This document shows positions 40,753 through 51,731 of a stretch of 64,000 nt of DNA, in pieces (within the stretch, counting starts at the first letter, position 1; each line of letters starts with the position of its first letter). The notes under the pieces were generated by a model. The model had not been told where the DNA came from and did no database searches. It worked only from the letters and a program-made list of their open reading frames with translations. The stretch is from Alphaproteobacteria bacterium (GTDB lineage: Bacteria > Pseudomonadota > Alphaproteobacteria > G965222575), in the NCBI GenBank assembly GCA_965222575.1, contig OZ244958.1, forward strand, positions 128,001 to 192,000, read 5' to 3'. The translations under genes were made by a program, and so were the position numbers.

Positions 40753-42078
40753 TTATAAAATAAATTTTGACAAATCTGACTTAGTATCTAAGTCTTTGAG
40801 CTGTTCTGCTACATAAGCCTTATCAACCTTGACTTTTTTCAACGAATCATCAGGGGCTTGAAAGCTAATGTTTTCCAGCACGCGCTCCATGATGGTGTGC
40901 AGTCGTCTTGCGCCGATATCTTCTACAGACGTGTTCATATCTTCTGCGAGTTGGCATAAATAGTCTATACCATCAGGGAGGAATTTAAGAGAGACTCCTT
41001 CAGTTTTCATGAGAGCGGTGTATTGTTTAATAAGGCTAAACTCTGTATTTTCCAGTATTTTTTTGAAGTCTTCTTTGCCTAAAGAAGAGAGCTTAACTCT
41101 GATGGGGAGTCGTCCTTGTAGTTCTGGTAAGAGGTCTGAAGGTTTCGCCACATGGAAAGCACCAGAGGAGATAAACAGAATATGATCGGTTTTCAGTGTA
41201 CCGTGTTTTGTGGAAACGGTACAGCCTTCAATAAGTGGGAGTAAGTCGCGTTGAACGCCTTCCCTTGAGACATCAGCCCCGCCAATTTTGTCAGAACGTC
41301 CACAGATTTTATCCATTTCATCCAAAAAGACAATGCCATCCTCCGCCGCTAATTTCAGCGCTTCTGAGACAACTTCTGCATTATCTATCATCTGATTTTG
41401 TTCTTCAGCCTCTAAAATCTCTAAGGCCTTAGGCACGGGAATCTCTCTCGCTTTTTTAGCCCCTTTCCCAAGAGTTTTTCCCATAATTTCTCCAATGTTC
41501 AGCATCCCCATCTGTCCCCCCGGAACGCCCGGAATATCCGTCAAAGGCAGATTTACCTCAGGAGTATACGGCACATCCATCTCTACCATTTTATCTTTCA
41601 AAAGACCTTTATGTAAAAGAGAACGTAAATGCTCAATGGTCTCCTCCGTTGCGTCTTTCCCCGCAAGCTTTTCCAACAATTTCTGTTCAGCATTAGCCTT
41701 AGAAAACTTCGACAAAGTCGCAATCTTCCTATTACGCACCATCTGAATAGCAACTTCAACAAGGTCACGGATAATATGCTCCACATCACGCCCTACATAC
41801 CCAACTTCCGTAAACTTCGTAGCATCCACCTTTGTAAAAGGCGTACGCGCTAGCTTGGAAAGACGTCTTGAAATTTCCGTCTTGCCTACTCCCGTAGGCC
41901 CTATCATCAGAATATTCTTAGGCATAATTTCCTCTTTCAAGCTATCCTTCTTCAATTGCCTGCACCGCCACCGGTTGCGCAACGCAATAGCCACCGCCCT
42001 CTTAGCATCCTTCTGCCCAATAATATGCTTATCTAGCTCCTGAACAATTTCTCTAGGGGTTTGTTCTTTCATTGTCAT
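40753..42078 (-). CDS. hslU: ATP-dependent protease ATPase HslU
   Basis: [42 protein letters not shown]; start corrected from the ORF track. Confidence 0.97.
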   Translation of the reverse strand: MTMKEQTPREIVQELDKHIIGQKDAKRAVAIALRNRWRCRQLKKDSLKEEIMPKNILMIGPTGVGKTEISRRLSKLARTPFTKVDATKFTEVGYVGRDVEHIIRDLVEVAIQMVRNRKIATLSKFSKANAEQKLLEKLAGKDATEETIEHLRSLLHKGLLKDKMVEMDVPYTPEVNLPLTDIPGVPGGQMGMLNIGEIMGKTLGKGAKKAREIPVPKALEILEAEEQNQMIDNAEVVSEALKLAAEDGIVFLDEMDKICGRSDKIGGADVSREGVQRDLLPLIEGCTVSTKHGTLKTDHILFISSGAFHVAKPSDLLPELQGRLPIRVKLSSLGKEDFKKILENTEFSLIKQYTALMKTEGVSLKFLPDGIDYLCQLAEDMNTSVEDIGARRLHTIMERVLENISFQAPDDSLKKVKVDKAYVAEQLKDLDTKSDLSKFIL

Positions 42079-42643
42079 TGTCTTTTTCCAAAATTTCAAA
42101 AGTAAAGGAATCATTGGTATAAATACAAATATCAGCCGCAATGCCCAAAGAGCGTTTCGCAATCTCCACAGGGTCATCAAGATACTCCAGTAAAGCCAAC
42201 GCGGCCGCACGAGCATACCCGCCTCCAGACCCAATAGCCATAGCATCATCATCCGGGGCAAGAACATCTCCAACTCCCGTAAGTAACAGAATTTCTTCCC
42301 GGTCAGCCACAATCATCATGGCTTCCAGCCTCCTTAAATACTTGTTGGTTCTCCAGTCTTTGGCCATCTCCACACAAGCACGCCTCAATTGTCCCGGGTG
42401 CCGCGCTATTTTATCCTCTAAACGCTCAAATAACGTCAACGCATCCGCCGTAGACCCTGCAAACCCTCCTATAATCTTGCCCTTATCGCCAAGACGGCGT
42501 ACCTTCACAGCCTTGCCCTTTAACACCGTGTTGCCTAAAGAGACTTGACCGTCTCCCGCAATCACCACTTTCCCTCCTTTCTTCACACACACAATGGTTG
42601 TTCCATAAAGAGAAGGAGACAGGATATGAGAACTTGTTGTCAT
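42053..42643 (-). CDS. hslV: ATP-dependent protease subunit HslV
   Basis: [28 protein letters not shown]. Confidence 0.97.
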   Translation of the reverse strand: MTTSSHILSPSLYGTTIVCVKKGGKVVIAGDGQVSLGNTVLKGKAVKVRRLGDKGKIIGGFAGSTADALTLFERLEDKIARHPGQLRRACVEMAKDWRTNKYLRRLEAMMIVADREEILLLTGVGDVLAPDDDAMAIGSGGGYARAAALALLEYLDDPVEIAKRSLGIAADICIYTNDSFTFEILEKDNDNERTNP

Positions 42644-42772
42644 GAGACTTTATCTTTGTTATGCTTCTATTATAGAGATAAGCACTTTTTACAGGATTTC
42701 CATAAACATTATAAAATAAATTCATAACAACTCTTAAAAGGAGTTGAGATTATTGAAAATAAGGGTATAGAG

Positions 42773-43282
42773 ATGAAAAGGAAAGGAGTTGGAGTGCTAG
42801 GGTTAGCCCTAGGGATTATTCTTGGACAAACAGTGGAAGCTAAAGAAATGTTATATATGGAATTACAGTATGGGGTTGTTGAGATTGAGTTATTAGATAA
42901 AGTAGCCCCGAAACATATAGCAAGGATTAAAGAGCTAGTGAAAAAAGGGTTTTACGATGGGTTAGCGTTTCATCGTGTTATTGAGGGGTTTATGGCACAA
43001 GGGGGTGATCCGCAAGGGGACGGCAGGGGCGGTAGCGGAGAGACAATTAGCGCAGAGTTTAATAAGACGCCTTTTTTGGAAGGGACTTTAGGCATGGCGC
43101 GCACGCAAGACCCGAACAGCGGCGACAGTCAATTTTTTATTTGTTTAGCGCCCGCACGTTTTCTGGATGAGAAATACACCGCTTGGGGGAAAGTGATCAA
43201 GGGCATGGAGTATGTGCATAAGCTTCAGAAAGGAGAGCCGCCGCAAAATCCAGATAAAATTACGAAAATGTATATAAAATAA
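42773..43282 (+). CDS. Cyclophilin-type peptidyl-prolyl isomerase
   Basis: FYDGLAFHRVIEGFMAQGGDP, SQFFI. Confidence 0.93.
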   Translation: MKRKGVGVLGLALGIILGQTVEAKEMLYMELQYGVVEIELLDKVAPKHIARIKELVKKGFYDGLAFHRVIEGFMAQGGDPQGDGRGGSGETISAEFNKTPFLEGTLGMARTQDPNSGDSQFFICLAPARFLDEKYTAWGKVIKGMEYVHKLQKGEPPQNPDKITKMYIK

Positions 43283-43292
43283 AGCAAGAGGC

Positions 43293-43931
43293 ATGTCTTT
43301 TGATGTGGAAGCCTTTTTTGGTATCTTATCCTCGCGTACGCCGAATCCCCGCACAGAGCTTCAATACAAAAATCCCTACACCTTACTTGTAGCGGTTGTT
43401 CTATCAGCTCAGTCCACAGATAAAGGCGTCAACAAAGCCACAAAAGCCCTCTTCAAGCACGTACAGACTCCAGAAGATATGCTGCATTTAGGGGAGAAGG
43501 AACTAATACAGTATATCAAAACACTTGGTCTATATCGTCATAAAGCCCGGTATATTTTAGGTCTCTCCAAGATTTTAGTGGAGGAGTTTCACAGCACTCT
43601 TCCCAATAAACGTTCCGACTTAGAACGATTACCCGGCGTCGGGCGCAAAACAGCAAATGTCATCTTAAATGTCGTCTTTGGTCACCCTACAATGGCAGTA
43701 GATACACACATTTTCAGAGTCTCCAACCGCACAGGATTAGCAAAAGGAAAAACCCCTCTTGCAGTAGAACAAGGATTGCTCAAACACCTTGCCCACTTAC
43801 CGCTCTCTGTACAAAAACACGCCCACCATTGGCTCGTTTTACACGGTCGTTATACCTGTACTGCCCGCAATCCCGCCTGTAAGCAATGCCCAGTCTTCAA
43901 CCATTGTCAATGGCACAACAAAATATTATAA
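43293..43931 (+). CDS. nth: Endonuclease III
   Basis: LSAQSTD, LPGVGRKTANV, VDTH, C-x6-C-x2-C-x5-C. Confidence 0.96.
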   Translation: MSFDVEAFFGILSSRTPNPRTELQYKNPYTLLVAVVLSAQSTDKGVNKATKALFKHVQTPEDMLHLGEKELIQYIKTLGLYRHKARYILGLSKILVEEFHSTLPNKRSDLERLPGVGRKTANVILNVVFGHPTMAVDTHIFRVSNRTGLAKGKTPLAVEQGLLKHLAHLPLSVQKHAHHWLVLHGRYTCTARNPACKQCPVFNHCQWHNKIL

Positions 43932-43987
43932 AATTTCCCCAAAAATTTTTGATAAGATACAAAGACAAAATAATTAAAATGCACTAA

Positions 43988-44464
43988 ATGATTTTCTCAC
44001 GCTATCCCTTTCTGTGTTGTCTCCTTATACTCAGCACAAGCATTCTGTCCTCCTGTTACAGCACAACCTCAATTCATGGTATCGCCTCCCTCACCCACCA
44101 ACTAACCATACTAGAGGAAACACAAGCCTCCCAAACAACACCACTAACACAGAACGATGTTTCCGCACTCATGGGGCCCCCTTCCTTTGTGGAAACACTC
44201 TCTCACAAGCAATACTCTGTATGGTACTACTACTACATTAGACGGGAACAAGTGGCCTTCTTCAGACCTCAAACGAAAGACTCTCAATTGATAGCCTTGA
44301 CATTTGATACCAACAAAAACTTGACAGACTCCTCTCTAGCACCACTGGGGCGCAAGATTGTCATGCGCAAAGAAACTACCCCAACACAAGGCAAAGAGCT
44401 AAATTTATGGGAAACCCTCTTTGGCAACATCGGTCGTTTTAATCAAAGCCGCACCATAGAGTAA
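43988..44464 (+). CDS. bamE: Outer membrane assembly lipoprotein BamE
   Basis: Lipobox LSSC, V..LMGPPS, WYY, LFGNIGRF. Confidence 0.85.
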   Translation: MIFSRYPFLCCLLILSTSILSSCYSTTSIHGIASLTHQLTILEETQASQTTPLTQNDVSALMGPPSFVETLSHKQYSVWYYYYIRREQVAFFRPQTKDSQLIALTFDTNKNLTDSSLAPLGRKIVMRKETTPTQGKELNLWETLFGNIGRFNQSRTIE

Positions 44465-44657
44465 CCCCTTCCTATCGTCCGTTCACCTGTGCCTAAAAAC
44501 TCCCCAAACCCCCCTACCCCCCTACCCTTCTCTTCATGGGGTTTGCCTTACCCATCCTAAAAAAAGGGAAGTTTCCCCTGAAAGAAGAGAGAGGTCTCGA
44601 CTCACTGAGTCCTTTGCCACCCTCCATTTTCTCGTAAGAAAAAGACAAACACTTTGC

Positions 44658-45407
44658 CTAAAAGCGTTTCCCTATACCAAAAGCCATAGTATAACGCCAT
44701 TTACTCTGGAGCTCAATTGATTCCCCCTGCACAGTTTGTGCTATTTCTTGTCCTCTTTTACTTTTCGCCATTCCTATCCCTAGACCTATAATCAGAGATT
44801 CGTTATACCACTCCCCTCCAACAGTAAAACTGAATGTTCCATCTCCTGTCTCTTGCTTTTTCCCATCGAGCTTAGAGCTTAGAGGCATACTAAAAGAAAT
44901 CCCAGCCGTTACAAAGAATGTCTCTGATGTAGCAATACTTACCTCCCCACTAAAATCAAGACCCCAGCCTACTGCAGTGACAGTTCTCTCTCGAATTGTG
45001 ACTGTCTTGCTGTACCTATCAACCCCCATTCCTAGAAGTATTGTCAGTGTTTCTGATGTAGGAATAGCAAATTCAACGTTAATTCCTGTGGAATAGCCCT
45101 TTTCTTTGGTATGAAGAGTAACTGAAACGTCACTTCCTTCAGTAGAAAAGGTATAGTCATTCTGATATTCAAAGAGCCCCGAAAAACTTATGGAGCCTCG
45201 TATCCTATTGCTAATAGGCTCACTATACACTATACCCAAGGCGAATGCCTGAGGGTCAAAAGCCAGTGCGCCACCAATTGCTATAGTGCGCCCCTGATAA
45301 GCTGGGTGATGAAACTCATCTTTCACCTCACCTAGCACCTCACCTAGGGAAGAAAAAGGAATCAAAACAAGGGCTAGTAAAAAAGCGTTTATCTGTCTAT
45401 TGCGCAT
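44658..45407 (-). CDS. Orphan outer-membrane beta-barrel protein
   Basis: Signal peptide, alternating beta-strands, C-terminal FGIGKRF. Confidence 0.6.
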   Translation of the reverse strand: MRNRQINAFLLALVLIPFSSLGEVLGEVKDEFHHPAYQGRTIAIGGALAFDPQAFALGIVYSEPISNRIRGSISFSGLFEYQNDYTFSTEGSDVSVTLHTKEKGYSTGINVEFAIPTSETLTILLGMGVDRYSKTVTIRERTVTAVGWGLDFSGEVSIATSETFFVTAGISFSMPLSSKLDGKKQETGDGTFSFTVGGEWYNESLIIGLGIGMAKSKRGQEIAQTVQGESIELQSKWRYTMAFGIGKRF

Positions 45408-45556
45408 GGGAATCTCTCCTTAACTTAAAATCAACACGTTATTAAGAAGATATCTTACCCCCCCCCGCGATTTCAAGGGGTTTTTTAAGCTTTTCAAGTA
45501 AAACCCTTCCAAAATGATTTCCGCCTCTAAAAGGCCGCCTTAAAAGCAGGAGAGGG

Positions 45557-45967
45557 TTACTGAGCTTTTTGGCAAGCTTTGCTTATGACATGAAAGGGGA
45601 GACAAAAACTCTCAAAAGCCTCTTTCGGCACGAGTTGTTTCAAGGTGAGCAACTCATCCTTCCATTGTTGTGGCGGGTGTGTGTGTGTGGAGGAGGTGAA
45701 CAAGCACTCAAGAGCGGTCTTAATATCGAGTTGTGTCCATCCGCAAGCGTTTTTTTCTAGGAAAGCAGCAGCAGCTTGTCCAAAAACAGAAGCTTCTATA
45801 TGTTGTTGATAGCTCTTAATACGCCCTTGCTCAAGGGTAATATGCGCCCAAGCTTGCGCACCGCAGGTGTGACTTTTCCCATAAGCAAGCGCTGTGTTTT
45901 TCTTTGCCCCTCCTACCATTAAAGACGCCATCTCAAGAATTTTCAGCGGATAAAGTTCTTGTTCCAT
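45557..45967 (-). CDS. IscU/NifU-N-like scaffold homologue (degenerate)
   Basis: Y..KILE.A, SHTCG, EASVFGQAAA. Confidence 0.6.
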   Translation of the reverse strand: MEQELYPLKILEMASLMVGGAKKNTALAYGKSHTCGAQAWAHITLEQGRIKSYQQHIEASVFGQAAAAFLEKNACGWTQLDIKTALECLFTSSTHTHPPQQWKDELLTLKQLVPKEAFESFCLPFHVISKACQKAQ

Positions 45968-45984
45968 AAAATAACAGAGGATTC

Positions 45985-47469
45985 TTACTCCTTAGACTCT
46001 GTACTGTCATAATTAGGAGCAGATTGCATCATAGAAACGGAATGCACATGACTTTCTCTCAATGCTGCTTGCGTAAGACGCAAAAAGGAAGCCTTTTCTC
46101 TCATTTCCTTGAGATTTCTACAGCCTGTATACCCCATAGCCGCCTTTAATCCGCCTACCAATTGATAGAGAATATCAGCAGTCTCTCCTCTATAAGGAAT
46201 GCGTCCTTCAACGCCTTCTGGCACAAGTTTCACAGTGTTCTCTTGGAAGTAACGATTGACGCCCCCTTTCCGCATGGAAGCAAGAGACCCCATTCCTCTA
46301 TAGGCTTTATAGGTTCTACCTTGATACAAAATTGTTTCCCCCGGCGCCTGCTTTGTCCCGGCAAGAAGAGACCCTAACATGACGCAATTCGCACCAGCCG
46401 CTATGGCTTTAGGCACATCGCCTGAGTACCGTATGCCACCATCCGCAATGAGAGGAACACAATGCTGCGCACAAATACTCGCGCACTCTTCAATAGCGGT
46501 AAGTTGAGGCACTCCAACGCCTGAAACAATTCTAGTGGTACAAATAGACCCCGGCCCCATCCCGACTTTCACCGCATGAACTCCCGCTTCAATCAGCGCA
46601 CGCGCCCCAGCTGCTGTTGCTACATTCCCTCCCACAATCGGCAGATTCTTATAGGCTTTTCTCAGGGCTTTCACAGTTTCCAAAACACTCATCGAGTGAC
46701 CATGAGCCGTATCTAAAACAATAAAATCCACTTCCATCTCCACAAGCTTTTGCGCTCTCACAACGGAAGCCGTCCCATTCTCCACCGCCGCCCCAACACA
46801 AAGCCTCCCTTTCTTATCCTTTGTGGAAAGAGGGTAAGACTCCTCCTTTTCCATATCTTTCACAGTAATAAGACCCCGACAGCGGTATTCCTTATCCACA
46901 ACAATGAGCTTTTCAATCCTGTGTTGATGAAAAAGCTGTCGGGCTTTCTTCTTAGAGGGATTCTCTTCAATGGTAATAAGACCGTTCGCTGTCATCAATC
47001 GGCGAACCAACACCTTCCTATCGTCAACAAAACGGACATCTCTATTGGTGATAATCCCCTCTAAACGGTGCGTTCGTGGCGCTACTACAGGGATACCTGA
47101 TATATTATGCTCCCGCATGAGAGTAAGTGCTTTATCTAAGGTATCATCAGGATTTATAACAACAGGATTAATCACCATGCCGGCTTCAAACTTCTTGACC
47201 TTTCGCACTTCCTTCGCCTGTAGGGTAGACGAAAAGTTTTTATGGACAACCCCTAATCCACCAGCTTGGGCCATGGCAATAGCCATATCCGCTTCCGTCA
47301 CAGTATCCATAGCTGAAGATAAAAAAGGAATATGAAGCGTCAAGTCTCCAAAGAGACTCAAAGAGGTAGACGCTTCTTGCGGCAAAACAGAAGAAGCTGC
47401 AGGCAAAAGAAGGACATCATCAAAGGCAAAACCTAAGGGACACTCTGCTATACTAGGCTTTTTCCCCAT
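45985..47469 (-). CDS. guaB: IMP dehydrogenase
   Basis: FDDVLLLP, CBS pair, GPGSICTTR, YRGMGS. Confidence 0.97.
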   Translation of the reverse strand: MGKKPSIAECPLGFAFDDVLLLPAASSVLPQEASTSLSLFGDLTLHIPFLSSAMDTVTEADMAIAMAQAGGLGVVHKNFSSTLQAKEVRKVKKFEAGMVINPVVINPDDTLDKALTLMREHNISGIPVVAPRTHRLEGIITNRDVRFVDDRKVLVRRLMTANGLITIEENPSKKKARQLFHQHRIEKLIVVDKEYRCRGLITVKDMEKEESYPLSTKDKKGRLCVGAAVENGTASVVRAQKLVEMEVDFIVLDTAHGHSMSVLETVKALRKAYKNLPIVGGNVATAAGARALIEAGVHAVKVGMGPGSICTTRIVSGVGVPQLTAIEECASICAQHCVPLIADGGIRYSGDVPKAIAAGANCVMLGSLLAGTKQAPGETILYQGRTYKAYRGMGSLASMRKGGVNRYFQENTVKLVPEGVEGRIPYRGETADILYQLVGGLKAAMGYTGCRNLKEMREKASFLRLTQAALRESHVHSVSMMQSAPNYDSTESKE

Positions 47470-47562
47470 AGGACTGCGGGTCTCTTCAAATCCTGTATTG
47501 TAAGGTCTGTGTAATAACACTATGATAGTATGTTAGTTTTAGGAATGTCAAAACATTATCAC

Positions 47563-48783
47563 ATGGCTATCCGCGTCAAGAACCCTATTGTAGAAATTGA
47601 TGGTGATGAAATGGCGCGTGTGATATGGGGGGATATTAAGAAGCGTTTGATTTTGCCATATTTAGAGATACCGCTTGTGTATTTTGATTTAAGCATGACC
47701 TCACGGGATAACACAAACAATGAAATTGTACAAGAGGCGGCACAGGCGCTTTTGAAGCACAATGTTGGGGTGAAATGCGCAACAATTACAGCAGATGAGG
47801 GGCGCGTACAGGAATTTGGCTTAAAGGAAATGTGGCCGTCTCCTAACGGCATACTGCGTAATGTGCTAGATGGTACGATTTTTCGTGAGCCGATTATCAT
47901 TGAGAACATTCCGCGCCTGATAAGCCATTGGAAAAAGCCAATTGTCATTGGGCGCCATGGTCTCGGTGACCAGTATCAGAGTCAGAGTCTCAGCATACCG
48001 GGGGCAGGTACATTGAGTTTACGGTTTAAGCCCGCAAAAGGAGGAGCCATCATTGAAAAGGAGATTGTTCAGTTTTCCTCCCCCGGCGTAGCCATGGGCA
48101 TGTACAATATTGATAAGTCCATTATGAATTTTGCACGTTCCTGTTTTCGTTATGGTCTTACCCGCAAGTGGCCGGTGTACTTATCCACAAAGAATACCAT
48201 TCTTCAGTCCTATGATGGGAGATTCAAAAACATTTTTTCAAGGATTTACAAGGAAGAGTTCAAAGACCAATTTGAAGCCTTAGGGTTATCTTATGAACAC
48301 CGTTTGATAGATGACATGGTCGCTTGCGCTTTACGCTGGGAAGGAGGGTTTATATGGGCTTGTAAGAATTACGATGGAGATGTACAGTCAGATTTTATAG
48401 CACAAGGATTTGGAAGTTTAGGCTTAATGACCTCTTGTCTTCTCTCTTCAGATGGCAAGACACTAGAATCAGAAGCAGCACATGGCACAGTAACGAGGCA
48501 TTTTCGTCAGTATCAAAAGGGAAAAGAAACCTCAACCAATCCCATAGCCTCAATTTTCGCATGGACAAGAGCATTGAAACACCGCGCCCTCTTAGATGAA
48601 ACAAAAGCAGTCTCCACCTTCGCAACCTGCCTTGAGAAGGCCTGTATTAGAACGGTGAAAGAAGGAAACATGACAAAAGATTTAGCTCTTTTAGTAGGCA
48701 CTAAGTGGCTGACAACCCACCAGTACATGGAAAAAATTGAAGAGGCGCTCAAGGAAAACTTACAAGCCGCACAACTAGCTTAA
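47563..48783 (+). CDS. icd: NADP-dependent isocitrate dehydrogenase
   Basis: DGDEMAR, KCATIT, SPNG, NYDGDVQSD, EAAHGTVTRH. Confidence 0.96.
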   Translation: MAIRVKNPIVEIDGDEMARVIWGDIKKRLILPYLEIPLVYFDLSMTSRDNTNNEIVQEAAQALLKHNVGVKCATITADEGRVQEFGLKEMWPSPNGILRNVLDGTIFREPIIIENIPRLISHWKKPIVIGRHGLGDQYQSQSLSIPGAGTLSLRFKPAKGGAIIEKEIVQFSSPGVAMGMYNIDKSIMNFARSCFRYGLTRKWPVYLSTKNTILQSYDGRFKNIFSRIYKEEFKDQFEALGLSYEHRLIDDMVACALRWEGGFIWACKNYDGDVQSDFIAQGFGSLGLMTSCLLSSDGKTLESEAAHGTVTRHFRQYQKGKETSTNPIASIFAWTRALKHRALLDETKAVSTFATCLEKACIRTVKEGNMTKDLALLVGTKWLTTHQYMEKIEEALKENLQAAQLA

Positions 48784-48872
48784 CAGGCGCACATACACTA
48801 GCACAGCCCTATTCTTTCTTTAGAAGCTTAATTTTGGACATCTTCATCCGTCTCTCCACACCCAAAACGCGG

Positions 48873-48947
48873 GGCGGTGAATGGGACTTGAACCCACGAC
48901 CCCCTGAGCCACAGTCAGGTGCTCTAACCAACTGAGCTACCACCGCC
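48873..48947 (-). tRNA. tRNA-His(GTG)
   Basis: ggcggtggtagctcagttggttagagca-cctga-ctgtggc-tcagg; encoded G-1 and C73. Confidence 0.95.
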
Positions 48948-49023
48948 ACTAGACATTATCACCGCTCTACACTAGCATGAACTTGATGCTCACAATACTA
49001 CTAATCTGTTATTTTCTTCAACC

Positions 49024-49743
49024 ATGTCCCTCTTCAGAACTTTTCTTGCCTTCTCCATCATTGTCCCTCAGAGTGCATTAGGAAATCCTCCTGTAGCGAT
49101 TATCCTAGATGACCTAAGCACAAGTGCTGTGCATCTACAAAGAGCTTTTAGCCTTCCTTCCTCTGTTACCCTATCCTTCCTTCCTTATACCAATAAGCTA
49201 CAATCAGCCCTAGATGAGTCCCTCGCTCGCGGGTATGAAGTGCTTCTTCATATTCCCATGGAGGCCCAAGCCCCTTACCTTAATAAAAGTATTGAACGTC
49301 CCCTCACAACGAATATGTCCATTCAACTCTTACGAAAAACCTTTCTGTGGCATTTATCTCAAGGACGCGGCTACATAGGGATTAACAATCACATGGGGAG
49401 TCAACTAACGCAAGATTCCATCTTAATGAGTGAAATTTTGTTCTATATGAGAGACAGCGGTCTGTACTTTCTTGATTCCCGTACCAACAGCGCCTCGACA
49501 GCTAATAGGATTAGGGAGAGTCTAGGGATGAAGGGAGGCGTGCGGGATATCTTTTTAGATACCAGTACCTCGAATCAGGACGATGTCAAACAGCGCCTGA
49601 TGGAGCTTGAACGAATAGCCTTAAAAAACGGCAAAGCCATTGGCATATGCCACCCCTATGACTCCACAATAGCAGCCATTACATTCTGGGTTCAGTCTCA
49701 ATCAAAAGTCTCATTAGTGCCCTTATCTCAGTTACTGCAGTAA
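49024..49743 (+). CDS. Divergent polysaccharide deacetylase family protein
   Basis: AIILDDL, EVLLHIPME, GINNHMGS, FLDSRT, AIGICHP. Confidence 0.9.
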   Translation: MSLFRTFLAFSIIVPQSALGNPPVAIILDDLSTSAVHLQRAFSLPSSVTLSFLPYTNKLQSALDESLARGYEVLLHIPMEAQAPYLNKSIERPLTTNMSIQLLRKTFLWHLSQGRGYIGINNHMGSQLTQDSILMSEILFYMRDSGLYFLDSRTNSASTANRIRESLGMKGGVRDIFLDTSTSNQDDVKQRLMELERIALKNGKAIGICHPYDSTIAAITFWVQSQSKVSLVPLSQLLQ

Positions 49744-51615
49744 AGGTGTTGTTCTTAAAGACTGTAAAGCCGCCCTATTGGGTCTTATTTTCGCCTCCGA
49801 GACAAGATTGCGGAGATAAAGTGCAACAACAGCCCGTTGGAGTGAAGTAGAGAGACGATTTTGTATCTCTGTTAAGAGATTGTCCTCCGGTTGTTTCGGC
49901 ACACGTTTTTGCTGGTATAAGCCGAGAATCACCTGTTTCTTTTCGGGATGCTCTACAACAAAGAGGTCACCTGGATTTTTAGCATTGAATAATTGGGTAA
50001 CAACAACGTAAGGAAGGTCTTCCTCTTCTTCTAAGAGATAGCGCTCCTTAAAAGGGCGGTTTTTTACTGTCAGGTTGTGCCTTAAAGCGCAATTTTCAAG
50101 GGAAAATCCCTCCTTTTCAATGCGTTCTCTACAAGCGGTCGCTTTCTTTACAGCCTGTTGTTGTTGGCTTGTTTCTGTCCAAAGTGTTTGCACTTGCTGT
50201 TGTACCTCTTTGAAGTCCGGAAGGAAAGAGGGCTGTACCGTTGTAAGATAAATGACAGCAATATCCTGATTGAGTTGTTGAATGACTGTGGTGTTCTCCA
50301 CTTGGGCGAACCCATTAGAGAGAAGATACTGCCGCATACTTTCTACCTCTAACTCCTCTTCTGCTTCTGAAAGCGTTTGCTCTTTTGTCAAAGAGAGAAC
50401 TTGAATCTCCTGCTTAAAGAGCGCCGCAAGAGATTGGAAGTCTTCTCCTTTCGCATCTCTATCCTGTAAATCAGCAACGATGTTCTCAATTTCCAGTTGC
50501 GCGCGTTCGTATTTTGCGTCTCGAAGTAGAGAATCTCGCGCTCTGTGGAAAGGCAATATGCCTTCTGGAATAATAGAGAGGATTTTCACGAGATACCATC
50601 CAAGCTCTGTTTTCACAGGGCCAACAACTTGCCCCTCTATTGCATGGAAAACCTCCTGTGTAATGTTTCTTGGCAAGTCATGCTCCGTGATACCCTCTAA
50701 GACCTCAGCATTCTCCTCCACGCCTTCAGTCATGACTAATGTGGCAAGGGATAATTGTTGTTGCGCCTTATTCTTCATAGAGAGGGCTTGCTCTTTCGTT
50801 TGTAAAACAAGACGTTCTATATCTCTTGTTTCTTCTTGAAAGAAGAGGTCTTTCTGCTGTTCATAGAGTGCTTTGAGGGATTCCTCTGTAATGACAAGTC
50901 TTTGTTGGATAAGCGTCTGTGGAATGGTGAAAAATGAAAAAGTGCGACTCTCAGGCTCTTGGAATTGTTCTGGGTTGTCCTGATAATAGGATAAGAGGTC
51001 TTCATGAGCAGGCAACTTACCAAGAGGCAAATGCTGAAAGGCAATATACTTAAGGCTTCTTTCTTGAGCTTGATAATCATAGAAATCTTGCGCAAGGGGA
51101 GAAGGAACACTTTTCATCCCCCCGACCAATAACTGCAAGAAGGTTTGTTGTTGCATCTCATCTCTAAGACTTTGGAGGATTTTTTTCTCCGTTAACCCAC
51201 TGGCTTTAAGAACGCGTTGTAACAAAGCAGGAGAAAAACGTCCATTTTCATGAAATTCCTTCATCTGGTGAACAAGTGCAATCACTTCCTCTGTGGAGAC
51301 AACAAATCCCATCTTAATAAGCTTTTGACGCAAAACTTCCTGTTGGATAAGCAAATTTAGCGTTTCTTGTTGTAGACGCAAGAGCTCTTGAGGCGGTACC
51401 TCTGCCCCGATTTTGTCATAAAGCTCCTTCTTTCGCCTCAGAGCCTCCTCAAACTGCCGCTCAAAAACCTGTAACCCAACCTTTTGCTTGTTGACAGAAA
51501 CAATCCATACCTCCTTCCCCCCAATGAGATAATCCGCTATCCCCCAAGTCGCAAAACTCACAATCAAAAGCACTAACAAAAGTTTAGCAGCCCACTGAAC
51601 AAAAAAATTCTTCAT
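49732..51615 (-). CDS. ppiD: PpiD/SurA-family periplasmic folding chaperone
   Basis: N-terminal TM with SFATWGI, SurA-N, YYQDN..F..PE.R, GPVKTELGWYL. Confidence 0.8.
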   Translation of the reverse strand: MKNFFVQWAAKLLLVLLIVSFATWGIADYLIGGKEVWIVSVNKQKVGLQVFERQFEEALRRKKELYDKIGAEVPPQELLRLQQETLNLLIQQEVLRQKLIKMGFVVSTEEVIALVHQMKEFHENGRFSPALLQRVLKASGLTEKKILQSLRDEMQQQTFLQLLVGGMKSVPSPLAQDFYDYQAQERSLKYIAFQHLPLGKLPAHEDLLSYYQDNPEQFQEPESRTFSFFTIPQTLIQQRLVITEESLKALYEQQKDLFFQEETRDIERLVLQTKEQALSMKNKAQQQLSLATLVMTEGVEENAEVLEGITEHDLPRNITQEVFHAIEGQVVGPVKTELGWYLVKILSIIPEGILPFHRARDSLLRDAKYERAQLEIENIVADLQDRDAKGEDFQSLAALFKQEIQVLSLTKEQTLSEAEEELEVESMRQYLLSNGFAQVENTTVIQQLNQDIAVIYLTTVQPSFLPDFKEVQQQVQTLWTETSQQQQAVKKATACRERIEKEGFSLENCALRHNLTVKNRPFKERYLLEEEEDLPYVVVTQLFNAKNPGDLFVVEHPEKKQVILGLYQQKRVPKQPEDNLLTEIQNRLSTSLQRAVVALYLRNLVSEAKIRPNRAALQSLRTTPLLQ

Positions 51616-51731
51616 CTCAGAAAAACCCTATCTTATGGCGACTCTGTCCTCGGGAAAGTCCCGCACGAAGTCTATCACTCCTCTCTGTCCGTTGCGCGCG
51701 CGTAAGAAGAACCTGGTAGCCCTCTCTCTTA

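Noticed and set aside
42079-42312. Long N-terminal extension of HslU in the ORF track
   Set aside because: It overlaps hslV in another frame; HslU homology begins at 42078/42072.
51616-51731. GC-rich intergenic segment with a hairpin (cgggactttcccg) and GCCA end, resembling tRNA-Sec, SRP or RNase P
   Set aside because: No cloverleaf, no SRP GGAA-loop motif, and too short for RNase P; an Rfam scan would be needed.
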